Below are positions 10,604 to 20,586 of a stretch of 64,000 nt of DNA, in pieces. Each line of letters opens with the position of its first letter. The stretch's first letter is position 1. A program made the translations under genes and the position numbers. The DNA comes from Bdellovibrionales bacterium (GTDB taxonomy: Bacteria; Bdellovibrionota; Bdellovibrionia; Bdellovibrionales; UBA1609): contig CBDBIB010000001.1 of NCBI GenBank assembly GCA_965205945.1, positions 544,001 to 608,000 of the forward strand, in the 5' to 3' direction. The notes beneath the pieces are model-generated. The model was not told the DNA's origin. It was given only the letters and a program-made list of their open reading frames with translations, and searched no databases.

Positions 10604-10657
10604 TTGATTAAACGCTGTTTAATCAAAAAAAATATCTAACGACTCTTAAACAGTCAA
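10604..10657 (-). promoter_or_regulatory. Putative sigma70 promoter plus a perfect 10-bp inverted repeat upstream of the glutaminase
   Basis: Minus strand TTGACT-N17-TATTTT (10657-10629), then TTGATTAAAC-N3-GTTTAATCAA (10626-10604) immediately before the RBS. Confidence 0.55.
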
Positions 10658-10673
10658 GTTCCCTGTCCTTTTC

Positions 10674-13238
10674 TTATAAGTACTTAAAACTTACAATTGT
10701 GATGTCATCAAACTGATTAGCTCCGTCAGTAAAGACATCAATATCATTTACAATAGCATCCACTATTTTAAAATTATCACTATTTTGTAGTAAACTATGC
10801 AAACGAACATCTCCATAAAAATCTTTTTTCTTATTTTGAGATTCAACAACTCCGTCAGTATAAAGCACTAACGTATCTCCTGAATCTATTTTAATTTCTT
10901 GTTGAGAAAATTTAGCATCACTAAAAGTTCCGACTAATGGTCCATCAATTTTTGATAACTCTATAAAAGTACCTTTTTTACGTTTAAGATAAGGGGCATT
11001 ATGCCCGGCATTAGTGATCTGCATAACACCTGTTTTTAAATTCACAATACAAACAATTAAAGTTAAAAACATACAGTTATCATTATTATGTGAGAGCTCT
11101 TTATTTACACTAGCCACTAGTTCACTTACTTGAGTTTTAGCATTAAGCCCTTTACTTAAATGAATTTTTGCCATTGACATAAAAAGAGCAGCGGCAACAC
11201 CTTTTCCAGAAACATCGCCAATAGAAAAATAAACTATATCTTCTGTTATAAAGGAATAATCATAAAAATCTCCTGAAACAATCATAGCTGGTTGCAAATA
11301 AGCTTGCAGATCAAAATAATCACTGCTCAAAGGGGCCGGCAGCATTTCTATTTGTACTTTTTGTCCTAAAATTAAGTCATTTTCCATTTGCTCTTTTTGT
11401 TTCTTAATCGTTTCATAAGTTAAATTCAGCTCTTCATTAATAGTAAGAATTTTTAAACGATTCCAAATAAAAACAATCGTAAGAGCAATAATTAAAAAAA
11501 GAGCTAATAAAACTCCAATTAGATTTTGCCTCTCATAGAATTTAATAAAACTACGCGCTTCTTTTTCATGAGACTCTACAACAACCCCAAAACCATAAGT
11601 ATTATCCCACCTCCAAACTCCTAAAACATACTCCCCTAGATAGTTTTGATACCGTCTTAGTTTATCACTAGATTTTGCCTGTTTAACCGCAAGCGCAGGT
11701 TTTGTAAGCTCCCCTTTAAACTCAACCCTCCCCCCTAAAATTGTTTTCTTCTCTTTACCTACTTTCCTTAAAACTTGTTCTCTCCACCTTCCTTTAGTAA
11801 CAAATTCTCCGAAAAGATTTATCATATAAACATCGCCACTCTTTCCAAAGAAATTTCTTTTAAAAATTTGATTTAATCTTTTTTTAGATGAAATTAAAAA
11901 ATAAACAAACCCACTTCCTTCTGGCAGAGGAGAACGAAATACAATTTTATTTAAAAAAGCCTCCCTCCCAACTCCTTTACTGTTTGGAATATGAATGTCT
12001 TTGTGCAAAAAACTATCTTCCTGATTAGTTATACTAAGAGAGTTAATATTCTTACCTATAAGATTCGTTAGATTACTAGAGGCAATAATTCCCTGAGAAT
12101 TTGTTAAGAAATAATCTGTAAAAAGATCTTTTTTTAATAATTCACTGCTTTGTAATTTTTGGTGAAAAGAGGTGAAAATATTTTTTTCAATCTCAACAAA
12201 ATACTTAGAGGCAATGTGTAATTTTATTACTTTAGAAACATGTCTTATTTCAGAGCGCACCTCTTCTAGCCAATCATAAACACTATAATAAACTTTATTT
12301 AATGTTGATTCATGAACAAGTTCAACATTTTGATTTGCTGCTGCTTTTATATCTTTTAAAAAATACCAAGAAGAACCCATTATCATAAAAATGATAACAA
12401 AAGAAGACATCATAAATGGCCACTCTTTCCACACTCGATTTGTAAAAAAATATAAAAAAGGCCGATTTTTTGTTTTTTTTGATCCAAAAGAAATGAGAAA
12501 GAAAGAAAGAAAAATAAGTACAATAGAGACAATCATTGTCACCAACAAAACAAAACTTAATCTTTTTCGTTTTTCATAATGAAAAAGAATGTCCTTTTTT
12601 GTTCTTTTTTCAATGGATTCAAAAAACTCATTTAAAGGCTGCATGATTTTTTCTTTAGCAACATGGTAATCTAAACCGTGCAAAATCTTTCTTGCATAGG
12701 ACTGATCCGCCTCTTTTTTTATGTTATACTCTCCAGACGGTCCCTTATAAAGCCCCACCATAGCATTCATTGCCTCTGTCTCAAGAGATACAAGCTCATT
12801 GGAAAGTCGCTCCGCATTTTCAAGTAAAAGAAACTCCTCTGTAGTAAACCCTGCTTTTTTCATCAAGGTTTTTAATGGCACAAACTCATTTCCTTTAATA
12901 CTTTCTTTCCCTCTTGCAAGAACAAAATCCCAATAAATGCGATGATAGTTTTTAGGTCTTGCTTTTTTTCCGTCTCTAATGTCTAAAATTTCTTGAAAAT
13001 AATCTTTAAAGAGCCTATTACCCGTTACAGTATAAGTCCTTGCCATGCGAGTAAGCTCATCAGAGCTTTGCTTTAATTCACTAGCAAGTAAATAAGACTC
13101 ATATCTTTGGGATTCTTTTTTTACTGTCTCTTGTTCATTTTTAAGGATTTGATAAAATAGACCTAAATTAAATAACGTCAGCAGTATTAAGGAAATAAAA
13201 ATAGCGTAAAGACTTTTTTTAGAAAATGCATTATTCAT
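10674..13238 (-). CDS. Membrane-bound SpoIIE/RsbU-family PP2C phosphatase with two extracytoplasmic sensor domains
   Basis: Four predicted TM segments. C-terminal PP2C motifs VSGDFYD, IGDVSGKGVAAA, NAGHN, LYTDGVVE and QFDDIT. N-terminal ELKQSSDELTRMARTYTVTG sensor region. Confidence 0.92.
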   Translation of the reverse strand: MNNAFSKKSLYAIFISLILLTLFNLGLFYQILKNEQETVKKESQRYESYLLASELKQSSDELTRMARTYTVTGNRLFKDYFQEILDIRDGKKARPKNYHRIYWDFVLARGKESIKGNEFVPLKTLMKKAGFTTEEFLLLENAERLSNELVSLETEAMNAMVGLYKGPSGEYNIKKEADQSYARKILHGLDYHVAKEKIMQPLNEFFESIEKRTKKDILFHYEKRKRLSFVLLVTMIVSIVLIFLSFFLISFGSKKTKNRPFLYFFTNRVWKEWPFMMSSFVIIFMIMGSSWYFLKDIKAAANQNVELVHESTLNKVYYSVYDWLEEVRSEIRHVSKVIKLHIASKYFVEIEKNIFTSFHQKLQSSELLKKDLFTDYFLTNSQGIIASSNLTNLIGKNINSLSITNQEDSFLHKDIHIPNSKGVGREAFLNKIVFRSPLPEGSGFVYFLISSKKRLNQIFKRNFFGKSGDVYMINLFGEFVTKGRWREQVLRKVGKEKKTILGGRVEFKGELTKPALAVKQAKSSDKLRRYQNYLGEYVLGVWRWDNTYGFGVVVESHEKEARSFIKFYERQNLIGVLLALFLIIALTIVFIWNRLKILTINEELNLTYETIKKQKEQMENDLILGQKVQIEMLPAPLSSDYFDLQAYLQPAMIVSGDFYDYSFITEDIVYFSIGDVSGKGVAAALFMSMAKIHLSKGLNAKTQVSELVASVNKELSHNNDNCMFLTLIVCIVNLKTGVMQITNAGHNAPYLKRKKGTFIELSKIDGPLVGTFSDAKFSQQEIKIDSGDTLVLYTDGVVESQNKKKDFYGDVRLHSLLQNSDNFKIVDAIVNDIDVFTDGANQFDDITIVSFKYL

Positions 13239-13466
13239 ATTTTATTTTTTTACCTGAAAAAATTTATTTTTTTATAATAACTAAAAAATTTTGCCTAGCT
13301 TTATACGCAAAGTTTAATTTTTAAAATCCTAATAATAACCTTTTCTACCTATTTACAAAAAAAGAGAAATCCTCATAATAAAAAGCACTTTTAATATGAG
13401 CCAGCATCAGTCCTCTTTAAACCTGTCTTATTTAACTAGCTTCTCTATTTTCTTTAAAAAAACCCC

Positions 13467-13817
13467 TCATAAAGACAATACTTTAAGGGCGGCTTCTTTA
13501 TCATCATAAATTTGTAATACGTTTGCTAAAGAGGCAAGGTCTAATATTCGCTTAACATTCTGACTCGGAGAACAAAGCCCTACTTCTCCATTTTTTAATT
13601 TCATTTTCTTTGCTGAAAATAAGAAAATTCTTAAACCAGCACTGGATATATAAGAAAGTTCACCTAAATCAAAAACCAGTTTTTTACTCTTACCTTCTAA
13701 GATAGATCCTATTTCACCATTAAGATTACTCACCATGCTTGCATCAAGATGACCACTCAAGTAACAAATTGTAACGCCCTTTATTTCCTCTATTTTTAGC
13801 ATTTTATTTTCTGCCAT
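13467..13817 (-). CDS. STAS-domain anti-sigma factor antagonist (RsbV/SpoIIAA-like)
   Basis: LSGHLD and FDLGELSYISSAGLR with the phospho-acceptor Ser. ATG at 13817 preferred; GTG at 13826 possible. Confidence 0.92.
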   Translation of the reverse strand: MAENKMLKIEEIKGVTICYLSGHLDASMVSNLNGEIGSILEGKSKKLVFDLGELSYISSAGLRIFLFSAKKMKLKNGEVGLCSPSQNVKRILDLASLANVLQIYDDKEAALKVLSL

Positions 13818-13850
13818 ATTTCCCACTCTTGTTTTATTGTTTACTTCTAA

Positions 13851-14273
13851 TTAATAATTTTTATGCAATATAATTTTGTTGCCATTTTCCATTGGATAGT
13901 AATTAAATTTATCAGATAAATTCTTTATTAAATGAATTCCAATTCCTCCAATCTTACAACTTTCTAAATTTGCGGCTAAAACTGGATCATAAGTTTGTGT
14001 TAATGGATTAAATGGAGTTGCGTTATCTGTAATTGTAACCACATAATTATTACAATCCTTTTCAATAAGAATAGCCACATCAGGTGTTCTTTTAATTCTC
14101 TTAAAACCATAATCAAATATATTAATAACTAACTCTTCTAAACAAACATTAAGATCAAAATACTTATCATCTAAATCACCACTACAACTTTTATAATAAT
14201 CTTTAAAAACTTCACAAAAAGTTTTAAAATCTTCTTTTTTTGTAAGAGAATGAGTCAAACTATTTTTTTTCAT
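13851..14273 (-). CDS. RsbW/SpoIIAB-like anti-sigma factor Ser kinase (HATPase_c-like)
   Basis: CLEELVINIFDYG N-box, DNATPFNPL and GGIGIHLIK motifs. Confidence 0.9.
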   Translation of the reverse strand: MKKNSLTHSLTKKEDFKTFCEVFKDYYKSCSGDLDDKYFDLNVCLEELVINIFDYGFKRIKRTPDVAILIEKDCNNYVVTITDNATPFNPLTQTYDPVLAANLESCKIGGIGIHLIKNLSDKFNYYPMENGNKIILHKNY

Positions 14274-14285
14274 AAAAACCTCCCT

Positions 14286-15653
14286 TTATTTATCCTGCAT
14301 ATTATCTAAATTAAGAAATTCAGGGTAAGCTTCTACTCCTAACTCAACTAAATCTTGCCCTAAAAACTCTTCATCTTCAGAGATTCTAATTCCAAAAAGC
14401 CTTTCTAACAACAACCACAATAAAGTAGAAGTTATAAGGGTGAAAGCTGCAACACTTAAAACCCCTATAAGCTGAGTTTTAAAAGAAGCCTCAGTAAAAA
14501 TCCCAACAGCTAATGTCCCCCATACCCCTCCAACTAAATGCACTGGAATAGCACCAACAACATCATCTATTTTTAATTTTTCTAATAAAGGAATTGAAAG
14601 GGTTGCAAAAAGACCTCCAATAGCTCCAATTAAAAGGGCTAATCCAGGATTTGTAATGTCTGGTCCAGCAGTGATGGAAACAAGACCTGCAAGTGCTCCA
14701 TTTAATACAGTCATAATTCTCATTTTCTTATAATAAAAAAAACAAAAAGCAACAGTACTACAGATTCCCGCTGCTGCTGCAAGATTTGTATTAAAAAAAA
14801 CAATTCCCATATTCACTGCATCTAAACCCCTAGCATAACTTAAAACAGAGCCTCCATTAAAACCTAACCAACCAAACCATAAAATAAAAACTCCTAAGGT
14901 AACCAAAGGAACATTAGACGGTGGCGTAGGAACTACTTCACCATTTTCTTTAAACTTTCCTTTTCTAGCCCCTAAAAAAATAGCTCCAGTAAGTGAAGCC
15001 CAACCTCCAAGAGAATGAACAATGGTTGATCCAGCAAAATCTTTAAACCCTAGCTGTCCAAGCCACCCATTCCCCCAAGTCCATGCACCCACAGTTGGAT
15101 AAATAAAAATAGAAAGAACCCCAACGAAAATAAGAAACGGCCATAGCTTTACTCTCTCAGCTAGAGCCCCCGATATAACTGAAGCCGTTGTTGCTACAAA
15201 AACACTCTGAAAAAGAACCCCTGCTAGAGAAAAATAACCCCCTTCTACAAGTGAACTCACAGCCCCTATTTGCTTTGAATCTGCTAGAAACTGGAGCTCT
15301 TCTGGTTTTAAATCTACAAGAAACTTAAAAGTTCCTATCCATGTTCCCACATCTTCAAACATAAGGTTATAACCCAAAAAATAATAGCAAAGACAAGCAA
15401 GAGCATAAATAGTAATGTTTTTAAGACAAATAATACTCACACTTTTTGAGCGAACAAGGCCACTTTCTAGCATACAAAAACCTGCGGCCATAAACATAAC
15501 CAAGGCGCTTGCTAGTAAAAGCACGAGTGTTGTAAGCATATAAGAAAACTCTTGCTGCTGCATTTGAACAAAACCCTGACTTGCTAAGGCAGGGCTTAAA
15601 TAACAAAATAAAAAAGCACTTAATGCAACAATCTTAATACAGGTAGCTTTCAT
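14286..15653 (-). CDS. amtB: Ammonium transporter
   Basis: FMAAGFCMLESG, SGALAER, DFAGSTIVH, LWFGWLGFNGGS, NGALAGLVSIT and DDVVGAIPVH motifs (both pore His present); cleavable signal-like N-terminus. Confidence 0.96.
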   Translation of the reverse strand: MKATCIKIVALSAFLFCYLSPALASQGFVQMQQQEFSYMLTTLVLLLASALVMFMAAGFCMLESGLVRSKSVSIICLKNITIYALACLCYYFLGYNLMFEDVGTWIGTFKFLVDLKPEELQFLADSKQIGAVSSLVEGGYFSLAGVLFQSVFVATTASVISGALAERVKLWPFLIFVGVLSIFIYPTVGAWTWGNGWLGQLGFKDFAGSTIVHSLGGWASLTGAIFLGARKGKFKENGEVVPTPPSNVPLVTLGVFILWFGWLGFNGGSVLSYARGLDAVNMGIVFFNTNLAAAAGICSTVAFCFFYYKKMRIMTVLNGALAGLVSITAGPDITNPGLALLIGAIGGLFATLSIPLLEKLKIDDVVGAIPVHLVGGVWGTLAVGIFTEASFKTQLIGVLSVAAFTLITSTLLWLLLERLFGIRISEDEEFLGQDLVELGVEAYPEFLNLDNMQDK

Positions 15654-15939
15654 AAATAATAACCTCTTTTATACACAAACAGGTAACAGTTTTAATTAAG
15701 TTAATCAATTATATTGAAGCCAAATAATAAACCCTAAGATCATTGCGCGACGCAGTGAAACCAATGACACAAAACCTTTATAAAGGCTAAAACCTCTTAG
15801 AAGAGCCCTACTAGAAAAAATAATAATAGCTTTTTTATAACACATTAAAAAAGGACTTAACTACCTTCAATTTTCATTCTAAAACTCTAAATATACCAAA
15901 TAACTTAGCTTTAAAAAACAATAGAGCAAATCACCTAAA

Positions 15940-17385
15940 CTAAGTTAATGAAATACAAACTGCCTTTGACTCTGTAAAAAACTTAATAGAGTCCTCTCCT
16001 CCTTCTCGCCCAAGCCCTGAGTCTTTCATTCCACCAAAAGGCATTCTTAAGTCTCTTTTTAACCACGTGTTCACCCATACAGTTCCAACATCTAACTGAG
16101 ATGCTATCTTATGAGCTCTCTTAAGGTCGTTAGTCCAAATGGATGCCGACAAACCATATGGTGTAGTGTTAGTCCGTTTTACGACGTCTTTTAAATACTT
16201 AAAAGATGATATTATTACAACAGGTCCAAAAATTTCAACTTGCTGTAAAATCGAGCAATCTGAAAGATCGCTAATAATTGTGGGTCTTATAAAATATCCA
16301 TTTTTAAGATCATCAGAAAGGTTTAAATCTTCATCACCTGCAAGTAACACTCCCTTATCTTTTCTAGCCATTTGAATATATGATTTAATCTTTTCACAGT
16401 GTTCTTTTGAAACCACTGGGCCACAAAAGGTTTCCTCTCTCATAGGATTGCCAAGAACTAAAGCCTTTGTGCGCTTTACAAACTCTGATTTAAACTCTTT
16501 AAATATCTGCTCTTGAACAAAAATTCTAGAACCACAAAGACAAATCTCACCTTGATTTAAAAATGAAGATTTAATTGTAGTATTTAAAGCTTTTTCTAAG
16601 TCAGCATCTTTAAAAATTATATTTGCGTTCTTACCACCTAGCTCTAAACTAAGTTTCTTAAACTGTGCAGCTGCTTTTGACGCAATAACAGATCCTGTTT
16701 TAGTTCCCCCAGTAAATGAAACAAGGCTTACTCCAGGATGAGTTACAAGTGCATCTCCTACAGTAGCACCTAAGCCAAAAACTATATTACAAACAGCTTT
16801 TGGTAAACCCACTTCATCCATAATCTGAGAAAGCATAAATGCCGTCATTGGTGTTATTTCTGAAGGCTTACAAACCACTGTATTACCTGCAGCTAAAGCA
16901 GGAGCAATCTTCCAAGTTAAAAGATACAAAGGTAAATTCCAAGGCGTGATCAATGCCGCCACACCAATAGGCTGCCTAAGCTCATAGTTTAAAGAACCAT
17001 CCGCCATTGTTGTTGACCTTTCTTTTTTATGAAGAATCTCTGTAGCAAAAAATCTAAAATTATGAATAGCCCTATTAATATCCATTTTCTTAGACAACCA
17101 TAACGGCTTTCCAACATCTTTTGTTTCCGCTTTAGCAAAAGAATCGGCTTTTTCTTCTAACTTACCTGCAATCTTATAAAGCCAATCAGAACGTTCTTTA
17201 ACAGAAGTCTGGCTCCACTTTAAAAAAGCTTTTTTAGCTGAAACTACCGCTGAAATAACATCCATAGCACCTGAATCCGGTTGCATAGCATAGACTTGAG
17301 CCTTTGCAGGATTATAAACATCTAAAGTCTTACCTGAAATCGCTTTTTCAAACTTACCATTTATATAATTTTTAATTTCATTCAT
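15940..17385 (-). CDS. Aldehyde dehydrogenase, 2-aminomuconate/2-hydroxymuconate semialdehyde dehydrogenase-like
   Basis: ITPWNLPLYLLTWK, LELGGKN, NQGEICLCGSR and RDLRMPFGGMKDSGLGREGG motifs. Start moved to the ATG at 17385 (MNEIKNY), which follows AGGAGG. Confidence 0.9.
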   Translation of the reverse strand: MNEIKNYINGKFEKAISGKTLDVYNPAKAQVYAMQPDSGAMDVISAVVSAKKAFLKWSQTSVKERSDWLYKIAGKLEEKADSFAKAETKDVGKPLWLSKKMDINRAIHNFRFFATEILHKKERSTTMADGSLNYELRQPIGVAALITPWNLPLYLLTWKIAPALAAGNTVVCKPSEITPMTAFMLSQIMDEVGLPKAVCNIVFGLGATVGDALVTHPGVSLVSFTGGTKTGSVIASKAAAQFKKLSLELGGKNANIIFKDADLEKALNTTIKSSFLNQGEICLCGSRIFVQEQIFKEFKSEFVKRTKALVLGNPMREETFCGPVVSKEHCEKIKSYIQMARKDKGVLLAGDEDLNLSDDLKNGYFIRPTIISDLSDCSILQQVEIFGPVVIISSFKYLKDVVKRTNTTPYGLSASIWTNDLKRAHKIASQLDVGTVWVNTWLKRDLRMPFGGMKDSGLGREGGEDSIKFFTESKAVCISLT

Positions 17386-17398
17386 CTTAACCTTCCTC

Positions 17399-18625
17399 CT
17401 AAGACTCAATAAGAGGAACAACTTTTTCTCTAAATAACACCATAGATTTTTTAATATCTTTGTTCTCATGATTATTAAAATCAAACCACAACATTAGTCT
17501 GTCATGGGAGTGATACTTAAAACATATCTTTTGAGCAACTTGTTCAGGAGATCCAAAAACAGTATTGTCTACAGCCTCTTTAACTTTTTTTTGATCTATT
17601 GTTCCCGCCATAGCTTTCCAATAATTTTCCCAAGCAGAATGAGCTTTAAGTTTAGCCTTTTCGTTCTTTTGCTCTACACTAAACCCCTTTGTGTCGTCCA
17701 TAAAAATCATGACTGTTCGTGGCATAAACCACCTTTGCCATGAACCCCCATCTTGATGATAGATTTTTTTCATTCTAACGTGAGTCTCCTCTATAATATG
17801 AGGAGGTGTTATAGATAAATTAAAAACTCTAGTTGGAAAAAATCTATTACAGCTCTCTTGCACCTTTGGGTCATGTGTTCCCACTATGAACTGTAATTTT
17901 GACATATCCGTATCCATTGGAATTAGTGATAACATTTCAAAATCGTAAAACTTTTTAATCTTAATTTTAAAAGACTCAAAACTCCCTTGAACTCTTGCAA
18001 GATCTAAAGCTTTCTCCCAATCTTTTTTAGTTCTAAAGTCTGACTCCGTTAAGTATTTTTGAGAAACCATTAATGAACTTAATTCTTCACCAGCTAAAAG
18101 TCTCATAAAAATCTCAGAAGCTTCTTGTAATACTGATGATTTAACCAAATGCCAAAACAATGTTTCAAATTTATTTCTAGGCCTTACTCCGTATGGGGCA
18201 TTAGTAAAATCAAATCTTCCTGCTGCAAAACCTAGTTCTAACTCTCGATCCTGATGCTTAGTAAATTGTTTAAACGTAAGAAAAGTTTTTAAAGCTTCTG
18301 CATGAGCTATAGGGCCTCCATTACAAAGAATATTCCTAATAGCAGATCCAATTTTTATTTTTTTAGTTTGATCATAAACAGCATTTGCAATTTGTAAAAT
18401 ATCAGTATTTAAACCAACCTCACCCTTAAAATCTGGAACTACTTTTAGTGAAGTTTTTTTCTGTGTCTGGCAGGAAAGATGCGTTTCAGCAACCCAAGCT
18501 GTTCCAAATTCAAGTTCATCGGCTAATTTTACTTGATCAAAAAAGTTAGAAAATATCTGATTTGTTGTTGGTATAAAACCATTTACTTTAGTCTGTGATA
18601 TAGAAAAAAAAATGTCATATTTCAT
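17399..18625 (-). CDS. Luciferase-like (LLM class) flavin-dependent oxidoreductase
   Basis: LADELEFGTAWVAETH, TKKIKIGSAI, RELELGFAAG and VFGSPEQVAQKI motifs. Confidence 0.85.
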   Translation of the reverse strand: MKYDIFFSISQTKVNGFIPTTNQIFSNFFDQVKLADELEFGTAWVAETHLSCQTQKKTSLKVVPDFKGEVGLNTDILQIANAVYDQTKKIKIGSAIRNILCNGGPIAHAEALKTFLTFKQFTKHQDRELELGFAAGRFDFTNAPYGVRPRNKFETLFWHLVKSSVLQEASEIFMRLLAGEELSSLMVSQKYLTESDFRTKKDWEKALDLARVQGSFESFKIKIKKFYDFEMLSLIPMDTDMSKLQFIVGTHDPKVQESCNRFFPTRVFNLSITPPHIIEETHVRMKKIYHQDGGSWQRWFMPRTVMIFMDDTKGFSVEQKNEKAKLKAHSAWENYWKAMAGTIDQKKVKEAVDNTVFGSPEQVAQKICFKYHSHDRLMLWFDFNNHENKDIKKSMVLFREKVVPLIES

Positions 18626-18638
18626 TAAAAACTACCTT

Positions 18639-19409
18639 TTAAATTGAGCCTGTTCGACCACCATCAACCGGTAGGCTTACTCCATTAACATATGAAGCCT
18701 CATCACTAGCTAAAAAACACACAATATTTGCAACCTCTACAGGTTTAGCAAACCTACCCATAGGAACTCTTGCCTTCCAAAGCCTATGAATTTGCTCAAT
18801 ACTTACTCCTTGTTTCTTACTTGCTGCAACAACTAACTCTTTAAGCCTACCTGTTTCAGTATAGCCTGGTAAAACATTATTCACTGTAATATTGTCCTTG
18901 CCTAGTTCTATGGATAATGTTTTTGCCCATGAGGCTACAGCCCCTCTTACAGTATTTGACACACCTAAATTAGGAATCGAAATTTTAACCGATGTTGAGA
19001 TTATATTTACTAGACGCCCTTTTCCCTCAAATTTCATCTGTGGAACTAAAACCTTTAAAATCTCTTGGGCTGAAAGAACATGAGCTTTAAAACTTTCTTT
19101 AAAACTTTCAGCCTCAGCATCTAATAATGGCCCTGCCTTAGGCCCTCCTGAATTATTAATAAAAACTGTATAAGGCCCCGTACTCTTTAAATGGTTACAC
19201 AAATTTTGAACAGACTGCGTATTTGTCATATCAACACAAAAATATGAATTCTCCCCTTCTAAAGAATTTAAGACGTTTTTAAGTTTACTCTGAGTTCTTG
19301 CTGCTAATGTTACATGAACACCACTTGTTGCCATTTTTTTAGCAACAGCCTCGCCTATTCCTTCGGAGGCTCCTAATATAAGAGCTTTAGTATTTTTTGA
19401 AAATTTCAT
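18639..19409 (-). CDS. SDR family oxidoreductase
   Basis: GASEGIG, NNSGGP, NIISTS, NNVLPG and PMGRFAKP motifs. Confidence 0.92.
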   Translation of the reverse strand: MKFSKNTKALILGASEGIGEAVAKKMATSGVHVTLAARTQSKLKNVLNSLEGENSYFCVDMTNTQSVQNLCNHLKSTGPYTVFINNSGGPKAGPLLDAEAESFKESFKAHVLSAQEILKVLVPQMKFEGKGRLVNIISTSVKISIPNLGVSNTVRGAVASWAKTLSIELGKDNITVNNVLPGYTETGRLKELVVAASKKQGVSIEQIHRLWKARVPMGRFAKPVEVANIVCFLASDEASYVNGVSLPVDGGRTGSI

Positions 19410-19664
19410 AAATTAACTATACCATGGAGAATTCCATGTTTTACGACAAGGCGCGTCTCTATATAGTTCCTGTTAAAAAAAGTTTTCCTCCACAGTTTTA
19501 TTATAAGCACTACGATTCTTATTCAATCTTAAAAAGCTTCACCATCTAAGATGTTCATCTATATTTTTAATTTGAGTCAGACTTAACTCTCTTATAATTA
19601 TTAGCTAACATACTTACTAAGGAATCAAACTACAATACGCTAGATTATCCCCTAGGAGGACTTT

Positions 19665-20183
19665 GTGAGTAAAATACATACTAAATATTTATGGATTGAT
19701 CTAGAAATGACAGGGCTTAATGTTGAAAAAGAGCGTATTATTGAAATTGGAGCAATCATTACAGATACCGACCTTAAGCAAATCTCTACCTATGAAACAG
19801 CTATAAAGCAGCCCTTAAAACTCATTAAAAACATGGATGAGTGGAACACTAAAAATCATAAAAAATCAGGCTTAATTGCTAAAATACCTTATGGTAAAAC
19901 CGAGGAACAGGCCGAACAAGAGCTTAGCCTGTGGTGTAAAAAATATTTTAATGAACCTATTATTATTGCTGGAAACTCTATTGCTCAAGATCGCTTATTT
20001 TTAGAAAAATACTTTAAAAGGTTTTCTAAACTTTTACACTATAGACAACTTGATGTTACAGCATTTAAACTAGCTTTTGCCCCTAAAGGTATTGAGTTTA
20101 AAAAACAGAATTCACATCGCGCAATTAATGATATAAAAGAAAGTATTGCTGAATTTAAGTTCTTTATGAGCAATTTTAATTAA
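19665..20183 (+). CDS. orn: Oligoribonuclease
   Basis: WIDLEMTGL, GNSIAQDRLFL, HYRQLDV and HRAINDIKES (DEDDh); GTG start after AGGAGG. Confidence 0.95.
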   Translation: MSKIHTKYLWIDLEMTGLNVEKERIIEIGAIITDTDLKQISTYETAIKQPLKLIKNMDEWNTKNHKKSGLIAKIPYGKTEEQAEQELSLWCKKYFNEPIIIAGNSIAQDRLFLEKYFKRFSKLLHYRQLDVTAFKLAFAPKGIEFKKQNSHRAINDIKESIAEFKFFMSNFN

Positions 20184-20586
20184 TAGCTTTTATACCAACA
20201 AACTTTTTTATGTATTTTAATAAATATGACCCACATTCTTATAAAAAAATGCAGATGTTGCTCTTAAAGTTTCTTTTCTGAAGATATTTTTTTAGCAAAG
20301 ATTTAATCATCTTTAGACCTATAATAATCACTAATTGCTTTTTTGCTATAAAATTGATTTGTTCTACGTCTTTTTGTGATTTTTATAATAACACCAGATA
20401 GATCTCCTTTAAAAATAACCTTCATATCAGCGTTATTAATAACAACTAAAGACTTATGATAAATAAAAATCTGTTAAATTTATGAAAATACTTTTTTATT
20501 TAAATAACTCATTAAGTATTAAATTTAAATCTTATTTTTAAAGCTCAAATAAATTATGAACAACCCTTAATTAAGCAACTCACCCC

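Noticed and set aside
15654..15940. Sigma54 or NtrC sites upstream of amt
   Set aside because: No correctly spaced GG-N10-GC or TGCAC-N7-GTGCA motif was found by eye.
17386..17484. N-terminal extension of the ALDH ORF
   Set aside because: It overlaps the LLM gene; a strong AGGAGG precedes ATG 17385.
20184..20586. 400-bp spacer between orn and ahcY with a roughly 40-codon minus-strand ORF (MKVIFKGDLSG..)
   Set aside because: No recognisable motif, RBS or RNA structure; it could be a relic but I cannot support that.
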